This document shows, in pieces, positions 12,566-34,631 of a stretch of DNA of 64,000 nucleotides; positions within the stretch are counted from its first letter, which is position 1; each line of letters begins with the position of its first letter. This stretch comes from Hormiphora californensis (lineage: Eukaryota; Animalia; Ctenophora), in NCBI GenBank assembly GCA_020137815.1, contig CM035359.1:5518001-5582000 (forward strand). The letters run 5' to 3'. The notes beneath the pieces were generated by a model. The model saw nothing but the letters and a program-made list of their open reading frames with translations. It did not search any database and was not told the DNA's origin. The translations under genes and the position numbers were made by a program.

Positions 12566-12728
12566 ACTTTTTCGCGAAAAATTTTGAAACGTGACTTTCT
12601 TTTTGAAAAGTGCGAACTTTTATTTTGAAAGTTTATTTTTCGCGCGCATGGTTATATTATCATGCGCGCGAAGACATAGCGCATCGCAGTCTTGAAAATA
12701 TCGCGCGTACGACAAAGACACATTAAAC

Positions 12729-14095
12729 GGGGGGGGGGGGGGGGGGGGGGGGGGCCGCGTATTAAAATGTCCTTTAATGTCCCTCGATTTTTGGGACATT
12801 AAATTGTCCGTTATTATTTAGGACATTAAAAGACATTAAAGGACATTATAAGACATTAAAAGACATTAAATTATAACTTCCAAAAACCATTCCAAAATGT
12901 GTTACCAAACATGTTTACCACCAATGTACTACTAAAGGTCCCATCTTTCGATTCCAATGAATGTCATAAATGTTCACTGGTGATTAGGCTTGCTTTTGCA
13001 TGGGGCGTGGGTGCGGTACCTTTTTTACATACATGCATATTTCTAGCCTAGACGATATCTCAAAATCATCTTATGAAACGAGTAGAAAAGACACCGAAGG
13101 CTTTAGAGTGAGAGAGAACAGCCCCGATTTTGATGAAACTTGGTCAGAATAGTGTTTGGTGTCAAAAAAAATTTAGTGCTCAACTCCTAAATTTACGATT
13201 TTTAGGTTTTTTAGGTTTTTTTGGTTTTTATGGGTTTCAGGAACGTCCTAGAACAAAATGAATAGAACCATCTTTCTCAGCGTGAAATTCTGTATCGATT
13301 TTAGTGGCTATAAACCTTTCTATGACGTAGAGTTATCCCAAACGGGTACATGTTATAGGGGCGGGTACATGTTTTAGGCTAACGGGCGAACCTCTTGTCA
13401 GAACACCATGTTATAGGTACTCAATCGACGTGTATTGGTGAGGAAATCATTTTAGTGAAAACCATTTTGATCTGCGATGATCTGTGTAACGAATAAAACC
13501 TAAAAAACCTTACCACATGAAGCATACCCGTTTGGTTTTTGGGATAACTACGTCATAGAAAGGTTTATAGCCACTATGATCGATGCAGAATTTCACGCCG
13601 AGAAAGATGATGATATTTATTTTGTTCTAGGACGTTCCTGAAACCCATAAAAGCCAAAAAACCTAAAAAACCTAAAAAAAACCTAAATTAAGGATTTGAG
13701 CACTCAAAAATTTTTTGACTTCTAATTAGACATCAAAGACCATTCTGACTGAGTTTCATCAAAATCGGGGCTATTTTCACTTTAAAACCTTGACATTTAG
13801 TCCAAAACTTCAAAATTTCCGGGGTTCGCTTAGAGGTACAGGGCCACCCTAAAATGAGGCTTAATCACCCCCAACATCTATGGTATTGGTTGAAATCGAT
13901 AGAGGTGACATTAGAAGTAAATATTAAGTGGTTGAAAACACCATTTTAGTTTAATAATAGCTGAAAATTCATGTTTTAATTAAATGTCCTTTAATGTCTT
14001 TTAATGTCTTTTAATGTCCTTTAATGTCCCAGGGACATTAAAGTCAGACGTGTTTATTTAGGACATGGATATTAAATTCACGCGGGCCCCCCCCC
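12729..14095. mobile_element. Non-autonomous TIR transposon with an 8-bp TSD (hAT/Merlin-like), containing an internal foldback
   Basis: Direct repeat CATTAAAC at 12721-12728 and 14096-14103. Termini are poly-G/CCGCGT and its inverse, with inverted subterminal GACATTAAA arrays. Inner inverted repeat at about 13120-13340 versus 13540-13772. Confidence 0.7.
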
Positions 14096-14848
14096 CATTA
14101 AACGATACCAAAAAACGAGACTTTTGAGGATATGAGGAAAATAAATGTTACACACATCAACAAACTAGACAATTTCCCTCAATCGATACATATGCATAGA
14201 GTAATAGATCAAATCTAATTATCACGGTCAAAAAACCATTACATTTACCAATGGCAAGAACTCAGCTTGAAAATGTGACAATTTGGCACAATCTTGGACT
14301 CTTGGACTAAAACATACACGTTTAGTTGGTTCCCAATATTGATAGCCTATAAAGAGTTTTATACACAGGCGTATTTTGCACAATTTATGATGGTCCTCAA
14401 TAATTTATTAAAATTGATTTCTCTCCTTTTGAAAAAACAAGAAAACGAAAAGATTGGCCAGGCAGTGTTACTGTTAACATTCGAGGATATAGGAGTATTT
14501 AGAGACTAGAGTGTTATGAACTTAGTAAGAGTTATAGTTCACATTTCGAGTGATATATGACCAATAAATTTTTGTGACATATGACAAGGTTTCTCTTTCT
14601 CTTTCTCTTTCTCTTTCTCTTTCTCTTTCTCTTTCTCTTTCTCTTTCTCTTTCTCTTTCTCTTTCTCTTTCTCTTTCTCTTTCTCCAATCACGAAAAATA
14701 TCTCACAATAAAATGCATCCCAGCTGCTATTTATCGTACGAAATCTCACAAGATACGCAGCTCTCCATCCCCGTCTACCCAGTGCTATAATCTAACCATT
14801 TCTGGTCTGTGCAAACATCTCAAAAAACTCTTCAGTTCATTTCACTCT

Positions 14849-24920
<10,072 letters not shown>

Positions 24921-25429
24921 GAGTGCTCAAGCTAAAAGGGGAGGTTAATTAATTAATTATCATTCAATTAACAATTAAAATCAGTTCATAATTGCATCAC
25001 GCCCCTCCCTCATCCACACATGTACTGATGTGATGTGGCAGGGGTGGGCGCGCAGTTACATCTCTCACCGCGAAGATCACTCCACTTTGCGTTGTGGCGA
25101 AACTCCGCGCGCTACGTAAAGTCATCTACCGCACACACTACATCTGTTGCAGTGTGTGACGTAACTGCCTTTACTTCGTTTGAAGAGGAATCGCGTGATG
25201 GCGAGTGGTTTAGTGTTTGAGTAACCAAAGCACCAAGTTGGGTTAGTGCTTGAGTAACCCAAGCACCAAGTTGGGCTATGGGGGATTGAAGGCTGGATGG
25301 GGGTATACTAAACAAGAATTTAGATTAACTAGGGTCCCAACTAGGCCCGTAGGAAGGAAAATGAAGGGACAGGTTGGGGATGATAAAAAAGGGGGCAAAT
25401 AAAAACTTAAAAAGAATATTAAAACACGT

Positions 25430-26219
25430 TCAAACATCATTACCATCTATCAATATCAAAGACGGCTGTTTCTCTTTTACAACCCTCAAAACATCACTAA
25501 AACCGTACTGCATCAAATCACATTTCTGTCTTTTAGCCTCCCCACCAGACGCCACTGGCTGATACTCTACAACATATATTGAATGAACAACGAAGAGGGA
25601 GTCCCCCGAAACAAATATTTGCACCCATGTAGACCGTCTTTAGAGCTGATAACCGCTCGACAACGCTGAGCAGTAGATTAAAATCCGCAATTTGATTGCC
25701 GTACAATCCTAGAAAAGTTAGTGAAGTAGGCAAAACATTGGGAGAGAATGTTGATATGTGGTTACTACTGAGTGTGAGCGTTTGGAGTTTATCTAAACTC
25801 GCCAAACATCCTTCCTCAACTTTTGAAATCTGGTTATGTCGGAATTCCAAGGTTTCCAAATGTTTGCACCCTTCCAGATTCTCAATGACTGAAATCTTAT
25901 TGTTGCACAGGTAGAGATGCCTGAGATTTACTAACTTTCCCACACATACTGGTACAGAGGTTAGAGCGTTCGCAGATAAACACAACCAAGTCAGGCAGTC
26001 AGGAGATATGGTAGCGAGAAGGGTGTCAGCGTTTCTGATATAGTTTCTACGAAGGGATAGTTTAGTGCAGGAGGCAGCTTGTTCGAGGGGTGATATTGAG
26101 TGAATCACCCCCACGATCACCTATGTAACAGTGGGATTTATCGAGAACAACTTCACCTATCTTGAGGTTCAACTAAATCCAATGGTAATGGTTCATCAAC
26201 TTCTGGTTCGGGCTTCATC
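25430..26219 (-). CDS. Sds22-like leucine-rich repeat protein; reading frame disrupted or model uncertain
   Basis: ORF 25533-26120 has LRRs (LRHLYLCNNKISVIENLEGCKHLETLEFRHNQI). The LRRcap-like end PSLILIDGNDV lies in another frame (25430-25624); the start is not resolved. Confidence 0.55.
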
Positions 26220-26457
26220 AAGTATAAAGTTTGGAGATGGTCTCACAGCAGTTGCTGCCATGCTCGGAAATCGCTAAAAAACAGGAGGTGTTATAAGTGT
26301 GGTTAGAATAGGATCAATACAAATTATTCACGGAGAATTATAAAAATAAATAAACTAACACATTTAAAAGATACACGATGTTTCGATCCCTTTTTTTTGA
26401 AAAAAAATCCCATATGAACAGTGTTCATTGAACACTCTGTACAAAAGAAAAATACCC

Positions 26458-26892
26458 CTACAATTTAGCAATTATATCTCTAAAAACAGAGTAAACAGTC
26501 TTATAAGTTTCAATCTTGGCATGCTCAATAGCTCTGTCAAAGTCCATCCATTCAACAGCCAAGTGTTCGTGTGAAAGTACAATATTTTGGTCACCCTTCA
26601 ATTCGCCAAGAAAAAATGTCGATTTCTTAAACTTGCCCTCATTGCCATGGGGGTAGGAAATGGTGTGTTCATAGGCAGAATGGTGAATAATTTGATGTTT
26701 TTCAATTCCTGTTTCTTCAAAAACCTCTCGGTATGCGGTTTCAATATCACTCTCACCCTCTTCCTGACCGCCCTTCGGCGGTGCCCACTTCCCGGATTTT
26801 ATATTCTGTAGGAGTAGAATTTCCGGAGATGAGGAAATACAGGATGATCTACGAAAAAGAATAAATCCACAGGCTCGGTATCGAGTAGACAT
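26458..26892 (-). CDS. NUDT2: Ap4A hydrolase (NUDT2-like Nudix), copy 1
   Basis: RACGFILFRR, WAPPKG, Nudix box GGQEEGESDIETAYREVFEETGI and LSHEH. Confidence 0.85.
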   Translation of the reverse strand: MSTRYRACGFILFRRSSCISSSPEILLLQNIKSGKWAPPKGGQEEGESDIETAYREVFEETGIEKHQIIHHSAYEHTISYPHGNEGKFKKSTFFLGELKGDQNIVLSHEHLAVEWMDFDRAIEHAKIETYKTVYSVFRDIIAKL

Positions 26893-27268
26893 CTAACAGT
26901 ATATTACAACGCCATGCAGCTAGGGATAGGTGATTAGGTAAATTAGGGGGAGATTGGGTCGGTACATTACAACATTGCTATTATAAATAATTTATTTTAT
27001 CTTGGAGAATACATGTTCAAAACATTGGGTCAAAATAGTGTAATATTATAATTAGCTACCTATAATTTAAGTGAGCAGAACGGTGTTGCAACCTCGTCAT
27101 AGCGACTGTCTTAGTTTGGGATTAATTTGTGTTGTATGTTTTATCTGTCGGTTGTAGTCGGTGCAATTGATAAAAAAGCAAATTTATCTGCAACGTTATA
27201 AAAATCAACAAATATCCTCAACAATTCGATTGACAACTTTTGAATAAACTGTCAAAGAATGAAGGATT

Positions 27269-27685
27269 TCACATTTTAGTGATGAACTCTCTAGCGTTTG
27301 CATACAATTCCCTGAGTTCATCATATATGGCTTGAGAAATAGCTTTATCAAAACTCAACCATTCGAAGTCCCGATGCTCATTTGACAAAGTTATCCTCAC
27401 ATTGTTTTCAACCTCACCAAGATAAAAAGTTACCCGTTTTGTACTTCCCTTATGAGGGTAAGAAATGTTGTACTCGAAAGTAGAATGATGTCGAATCTCA
27501 TGCTCCTTGATACCAGATTCTTCCCAGGTTTCTCGATAAGCCGTCTCAAGATCTGATTCACCCGGATCTTGGCACCCCTTAGGAGGAGCCCACTCACGCG
27601 ATCGACTAAAACACAGGAGTAGCATTTCAGGAGCAGGGGAACGACGGAAAATTAAAAATCCACATGCTCGGAAACGATTTGACAT
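27269..27685 (-). CDS. NUDT2: Ap4A hydrolase (NUDT2-like Nudix), copy 2
   Basis: MSNRFRACGFLIFRR, WAPPKG, GCQDPGESDLETAYRETWEESGI and LSNEH; acceptor AG 2 nt before the ATG at 27685. Confidence 0.85.
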   Translation of the reverse strand: MSNRFRACGFLIFRRSPAPEMLLLCFSRSREWAPPKGCQDPGESDLETAYRETWEESGIKEHEIRHHSTFEYNISYPHKGSTKRVTFYLGEVENNVRITLSNEHRDFEWLSFDKAISQAIYDELRELYANAREFITKM

Positions 27686-28856
27686 TTCTAAAGGTTTAGC
27701 ATTTGAAATGGAAGCAATTACACATTCATTAACGGCATTACATATATATGTATATGGGTACATGGTAGAGCAGAAGTTAGGGGTTTACACTTAGTCTAAA
27801 ATAACCCCAATAAATCAGGATCCATTTTGATTTTCAGTTCGCGAGATTAGATTGCGACACTAGAACTTTGCAACAGGAAAAAAAATCCTGTGTCCAAAGT
27901 TCTAATTTTTTTGAACATACCGAGGAAATTGTCTGAGCTACATTACATAGCGGAATTTTTCGATTTTCTAGCCATTAACACTGCTTTTCTGTTTGGAAAA
28001 CTATGAAGATGGCGGAATTTGGCTACGAAAAGTTTCAGGAATGTGCAAAATGCCATTCCTAAGGTATTAGAGGTGGATTCATCGATAACTAAGCTATAGT
28101 CTTATCAGAAAAAAATTCCACAAAATGCCGTGAAATTGCAATTTTATTTTCATTGGGTTGAACTATTTTCGGTGCGATACATTTATAAAACACGATATAT
28201 ATATAACACCGTCACACCCAAGGATCCCACACAGCAGTTGCTGCAGCTAAGGGACCCGGCCCCTATGGAGGAATGTGATACACCTTTGTTGTTAAACATG
28301 TGATGGAATCGCTACTTTCTGTAGAATGCAGAACATCTTGAAAATGGTCATTTTAGGGTAGGCGTTATTGTAACCCCTGTATGCAATAAAAGGGGTGACT
28401 TCGTAATCAATTATTACACTGTCTTTGCGTGACCTGTGATTTTGGATCATATATCTCATCAAACAGTAGGTCAATATGGTTCTGACAAAAACAGTGTTGT
28501 AGACAATAGATAGATAACGGTGTAGATAAGCTTTACGTTTATTTGGCTAAAAATATACGGTAAAAACACTAAACACGATCTAAAAAGGTGTTAGACTCGG
28601 AACGAAAGACACGCAAAACAAGAAGGACAAAGACTAGACAGATCTTCCCTCTCTAGAACGGAAGCGCCTAATGATATCCTTTAACAAGGCTACAACAGCC
28701 AACAGGACGGTACGACTTGTCAAAGAGGTGGGTCTTCAGCTTCGACTTGAAGAAAGACTCTTCTGTGCAGCTTCGAATCGATGAAATCCGATCGGAGTTC
28801 ACGTTTAGAAAAAAATGCAAAGTTACTCGGGCGCCGTTATGATCTGGGTGTTTGGT

Positions 28857-30784
28857 GGCCTGTTCACAGGTGCACGCTTCCAAAAAAGTTGATTCACTAA
28901 AATGGCTCTAATCGCCAAACCACTCAACGATTTTAGCTAATTCGAGGTTTATCTGGTAGGAAATGTCTAGGCCTAACCTCAACCCAAACCCCAAGCCTAA
29001 CCCTAACCCCACTTTGGCCCTAACCCTAAAAACCGTTTGTCAGCACTCGTCAAACACCCAGATTTCAACGCTGGCCAAGTTTCTCGGATCACATTACATC
29101 CCTCACAAGATTAAAGAGTTGCATAAATTTTTCTGTCGGTCATTTTGGAACCCGAGTTTGTGTCAAGGGTGAACATTTCAACAACAAAAAAGGGGAAAAG
29201 GGAAAAACAACAAGAATTTACTTAAACTTTGTAAAAATCTTTTATTTTTGATATTTGATTTCTACTGTATAATTTGGCATACGTTGCAGGCCCCTTATAA
29301 TCGTTGCGGGGGTGCGCGCATGAGGGGGCTGCAGCGCATTCCAACTGTATAATTTATTATATATTTTATTTTAAGGCCGATATTGGCCCCCCCCCCCCTT
29401 GGCATACGTTGCAGGCCCCTTATAATATAATATAAGGGGCCTGGAGGGAATACCGCGCTGGGGGGGAATACATAATCAATCATATCTCCGGTTCCAGATA
29501 AGGTACAGAAATCGTTTTGGTAGCGTTGGAAAGAGGAAGATAAGAGCTTTCAAATGCAACCGGTTTCAAGTCTCTATCTTATCAGGAACAGGAGATATGA
29601 ACCAAACTCCGCAAAATCGAGTGCGGTAAAATCAAAATTTGAATGAAATTTTAAAAAAGGTGTCCCTGCAGGAACCTGTGACGTCACTTTTTGAAAACAA
29701 CCCATCTTTCAACGGTTATTGCTCAGCCTCCTTAAGTCCAATTAACTTCTCTCAAAAACAGCAAGGTAGATAATCGTCAGATTTAACAACTGGTGAAAGA
29801 ATCAAGTCAAACGGACTACAGGAGCCAAAGTTATAAGCACCGCCGTTTTTTCGACCGCAAAGTTATCTTCGACCCAGCCGGGCTCAGGCCAAACGCGCGC
29901 GCGGCATTCCCTCCAGTCCCCTCGTTGCGGGGGTGCGCGCATGAGGGGGCTGCAGCGCATTCCAACCCCCCCCCCCCCCCCCCGCTTTGAAAATTCCTTG
30001 AAAAGCGCTGCCTTATCCTTTTTTGATATTTTTGAGGATTGAGCTGTATGTAATGCAGCGTACTTTTGTCGCGTGTTACTTCTATGAAACGCGCGCGGCA
30101 GTCTACTCTATCGTTTTCATAAATAAAACGCCGCGCAAACGGCCGTCCGCGACTTGAAATTTCGAATTTGGCGCATTGCGACAGTTTCAAAAAATCCGAC
30201 TTTACAAAGGGGAAATCCTGAATTTCCAGGAATCTCAGGTCAAGTCGTTTGAAACGCACTTTAACTGTGCATGTGCACGGAACTTTGGGGGAATCTGGGC
30301 CTGGGTGCTTTCTGTTGCTAGAGCGGTATACGTGAAATGAATAAGAAGAGGATAAGAAGAATTATCAAGACCATGAATTAATTTATTATATGTTTCATTT
30401 TTTCTTTAGCTTTTCTCGATCACGTTTTTTAAAACGGTATACCGTTATTATTACCGGAGGGGTGATTTCATTACCAAAATGTGGGTGGGGCTGGGGGCGG
30501 AGCCCCTACAACGGGGAGTGGGGACAAGGTGCGGAGCCCCGGCGGGGGTGTCCAGGACAGAGCCTCCGCTAGCACGGCCCAGGGGCTCCGCTGCAGAAAA
30601 TGCATTTCACTGTAGACCGAACTGGGTGGGTCCTGGACCCACTGGACACAGCCTTGCTTCGCCTTAGGGGTTAGGGCTTGAGATTAGGAAAACTTAAAAT
30701 TAGCCAAAACTGTTGAGTGGTTCGGTAGTTAGAGCCATTTTAGTGCATGGTACTTTTTTGGCAGTACACACCTGTTACAGGTCT
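28857..30784. mobile_element. Degenerate TIR element carrying nested insertions
   Basis: Imperfect inverted termini (ccaaaaaagt...cactaaaatggctctaa...accactcaac at about 28880-28930, complement at about 30710-30762), with CCCTAA/TTAGGG subterminal runs. Confidence 0.55.
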
Positions 30785-31482
30785 TTACAGGCCTTTACAC
30801 AACCATCGGCTATCGGCGGCTAATCTAATCGACACAGCTGTTCTGAAAAAGGTCTCACAAAGACCTGAACTTTCGCAAAAGGGGGGGGGGGGGCTTGGGC
30901 TAGAAATTATCGGAGGGACTGGATAGATAGGACTGGGTAGTAGCGAACGGCCTCTCCCACTTCCAATTCCCGCCAAAAGTCACACGCCACCCTTAATGTA
31001 CATTGTCATAGCTCCTTCATTTCACCTTCAATCAAAAAATATAAAACTGAACTGAGATTTACAAAAAACTTGAGGATCATTTTCTGATATGATTCGATTT
31101 TCTGATTTGAAGCAAAGGAGTGACAGTAACCTAAATTTCGGATGGCGTGTGACTTTTGCATGTGCATGCTCTAAGCGCTCCTACTATCTCCGACCACCGG
31201 CAACAAATACTATATCTGTGTTAAGGATTGAAATGTGACCTTAGGGAGCTGGAGAGGGGTTTTGATATTATGAATGATTTTGGTGCGGTCATGATGGCTG
31301 TGGGGGACAGAGATGGGTGGAATTTGTTAGTGAGTTACTAATCAGCTTGTTGGGAGCTTTTGGTTAGCAACTTTAACATCTGTGTCAAGGACCAAACTGC
31401 ACCAAATTCCATTCCAATCCTTTGGTTTTTCTTTGTACTTTTGCCTTCTAGACTTCATGTTGTCATATAATGGTATTAATAT

Positions 31483-32101
31483 CTACTTACTTGCTTCAAG
31501 CCGCATGTAAACCATCACCTCCGCTACATTTAAGATTATCCAGTTGTACCCCTTATCATGGGACTGCTCAATTACATTATCATAGAGGAAGACTGCCAGA
31601 GTTTTCTCTGCGGTAACTGGACAGGGTACCGTGTAGGTCTGATCTTCAAGAGATGTTCCATTAGGGTTGACAGAGTTGATAGTGCTGCAGGTGGTGTTAA
31701 TTGTAGCACCAATTAGAGATACTTTAGTACCCAGCAGACGATCTTTTATCTGGACAAGTTCACGCAGTCTGAAACAGCAGTCAACAAATAATTAAATTAC
31801 ATGACATTCCATAATACATTATATTCAAATCTAACAAATGATTTTACCTGTTAATGATGACTACATTTCCAACTGAAGCCGGTTCCTTCAATATTAGTTT
31901 TAGCCACTGATCTGTCCCGGTGTCGGCGGAAAGGTAAAAGCTTGTTATTTTACCATCTACAGCTTTTTCAGGTCCAAATTCTTCTTCATTATTGTTGTAG
32001 ACTGTCCTACCAGTAGCGCTAACAACTTCAACTTGTTCAACAACTGTTGTTCCAGTGAGTTTAGTTCCGAGAATAAACAGTAGGCAAAGTCGACTAGTCA
32101 T
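31483..32101 (-). CDS. Secreted F-type lectin / F5-8C-like single-domain protein, copy F (intact, 2 exons)
   Basis: Signal-like MTSRLCLLFILG, then PEKAVDG..SFY.S...QWLKL.L...V..VVIINR, DRLLG, TTC, YTVPC and LNVAEVMVY. Exons 31847-32101 and 31483-31768. Confidence 0.75.
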
Positions 32102-33673
32102 CACACCGTCTAGATTAAAAATGTGGGATCTCAACACCACATCATACAGTCCGATACTGATAGATACCTTTGTTATTGGTTGAGAAATGGCAAAGTTATC
32201 GGCTAAAACGTCTCGAAATTGTGCCAAAAAAGTGCATTGTTTTTCGACGTTACAAATCCCTCTACAGTAATCTAAAGTGCATCAATTAGGCCGGGTCTTC
32301 TTTCAATTCTAGATCTTTTTAGCTTTCTGGAATCATTCCAAACCTCTATTAGCAACATTAGCAATGTTCTGTAAAGCAAAGGCAAAGGGAGACTGGAGAG
32401 TACAATAAATGGGTTCACAAAAGGTTGGGCGTGTAATGTGTATTCTTGCTCTCATTTTGAAACCATTTACTATGCCAGATAGTGTTTCCCTTGCCTAACT
32501 GTTTAGAATGCTAGAGACATCGATATCTAAGGTGGAGCAGTTAGGGTCTTCTGGCAATACTAGGGTCTGTACTATAGTTGGGGGTGACAACTGCAACAGA
32601 TCAGACTTGAAGAGGGCGCTCTCTAGAGCGAGGAGGGGGCTCACTATAGCTTACCCCAACTAATATATTCAATGTCAGACCATTATGAAGCAGAGAGGAG
32701 AGAGATAATATTTAGCCTCCTAATAACTCTTACCTAACTCTTACTTTGTAGCCCTAACTGACAGCTTATAGCAGAGGGAGAGAGAAAGAGCTTGGAGAGA
32801 GATAACCACCCTGTAGGTTTTTCTCGTTTATTCATAAGAGTAAATGCGATCTCAACTAGGTCAGTGATGCTGTCTAAACTAAAAACATAAGCACAAGTCT
32901 GAGACCAGAGAGGGAAAGAAAGCGTGCTAGATCATCTCTATTTAGTGGGAGAGCATCATTGTAGACTACACATAGCACCAATTATTGTCAGACAAGGTAC
33001 AGTTTGCATGTGATAATTTGTGCTATTTGAATCATCAGGTGATGTTGTAAACGAGAGAGAATAGAAAGGGAAGACATTTTATTACTACAATTTATTACTA
33101 CAATTACAGAATACAGCTGATTAGGTGGTCCCTTATATGAGAAGAGGCCTTCAAGCTAAATATTGTTTTCGAGTTGCGGTTAGAATCAGAACGATGGGCA
33201 ACAACCAACTGACTCTAAAAGTCAAGAAGAAGAAGAAGGGGTTGCCCAGAACCGCCAAATTGAAGAGGGAGTTGACTGTAGAGGGGGAAGTGAGGGGTTG
33301 TGAACGTTGAATTGCATCGAGGCTGTCTGGCGCCGCGACCCCATCTGAGCGCACCGGGGTCCGGGGTATGGCACCGCCAAATAGCATCCAGGTGAAGAGG
33401 GATTAACACGTTTCTGTGTCTTGTAACAAATGTATAAATTCATTTTAATGATTTGATTTTGATTGGTGCGGTCATGATGGCTGTAGGCCGGGGGACAGAG
33501 ATGGGTGGAATTTGTTAGTGAGTTACTAATCAGCTTGTTGGGAGCCTTTGGTTAGCAGTAAATATCATATCTGTGTCAAGGACCAAACTGCACCAAATTT
33601 CATTCCAATCCTTTGGTTTGTCTTTGTACTTTTGCCTTCTAGCCTTCATGTTGTCCTATAATGGTATTAATAT

Positions 33674-33825
33674 CTACTTACTTGCTTCAAGCCGCATGTA
33701 AACTATAACCTCGGCTACATTTAAGATTATCCAGTTGTACCCCTTATCATGGGACTGCTCCATTACATCATCATAGAGGAAGACAGCCAGAGTTTTCTCG
33801 TAAGTTTTCGGTAACTGGACAGGGT
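33674..33825 (-). pseudogene. Partial exon-2 duplicate of the lectin (copy E)
   Basis: 3' half of exon 2 only; shares the +7-nt frameshift of copy D; joined to an (AGCCTTCT)n run at about 33834-33880. Confidence 0.7.
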
Positions 33826-33906
33826 TGCCTTTTAGCCTTCTAGCCTTCTAGCCTTCTAGCCTTCTAGCCTTCTAGCCTTCATGTTGTCATATAATGGTAT
33901 TAATAT

Positions 33907-34529
33907 CTACTTACTTGCTTCAAGCCTCATGTAAACCATCACCTCCGCTACATTTAAGATTATCCAGTTGTACCCCTTATCATGGGACTGCTCCATTACA
34001 TCATCATAGAGGAAGACAGCCAGAGTTTTCTCGTAAGTTTTCGGTAACTGGACAGGGTACCGTGTAGGTCTGATCTTCAAGAGATGTTCCATTAGGGTTG
34101 ACAGAGTTGATAGTGCTACAGGTGGTGTTAATTGTAGCACCAATTAGAGATACTTTAGTACCCAGCAGACGATCTTTTATCTGGACAAGTTCACGCAGTC
34201 TGAAACAACAGTCAACAAATCATTAAATTACATGACATTCCATAATACATTATATTCAAATCTAACAAATGATTTTACCTGTTAATGATGACTACATTTC
34301 CAACTGAAGCCGGTTCCTTCAATATTAGTTTTAGCCACTGATATGGCTGACTGTTGGCGGAAAGGTAAAAGCTTGTTGTTTTGCCGTCTACAGCTTTTTC
34401 AGGTCCATATTCTTCATTATTGTTGTAGACTGTCCTACCAGTAGCGCTAACAACTTCAACTTGTTCAACAACTGTTGTTCTGGTGAGTTTCGTTCCGAGA
34501 ATAAACAGTAGGCAAAGTCGACCAGTCAT
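33907..34529 (-). pseudogene. Lectin copy D, frameshifted in exon 2
   Basis: Full two-exon copy, but GCA is replaced by GAAAACTTAC at about 34033-34042, shifting the frame before the C-terminal strands. Confidence 0.7.
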
Positions 34530-34631
34530 CACACCGTCTAGATTAAAAATGTGGGATCTCAACACTACATCATACAGTCCGATACTGATTACATCATACA
34601 ATAGTACATCAAACAGATACCTTATTATTTT

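Noticed and set aside
28970-29030. CCCTAA-like runs as telomeric or interstitial telomere sequence
   Set aside because: Short and degenerate, with a complementary TTAGGG trace near 30664; more likely subterminal motifs of a TIR element.
27685-31490. In-frame splice from the lectin F donor to the NUDT2 copy 2 acceptor (lectin-Nudix fusion)
   Set aside because: A phase match is expected by chance one time in three. A secreted-lectin/cytosolic-enzyme fusion has no other support here.
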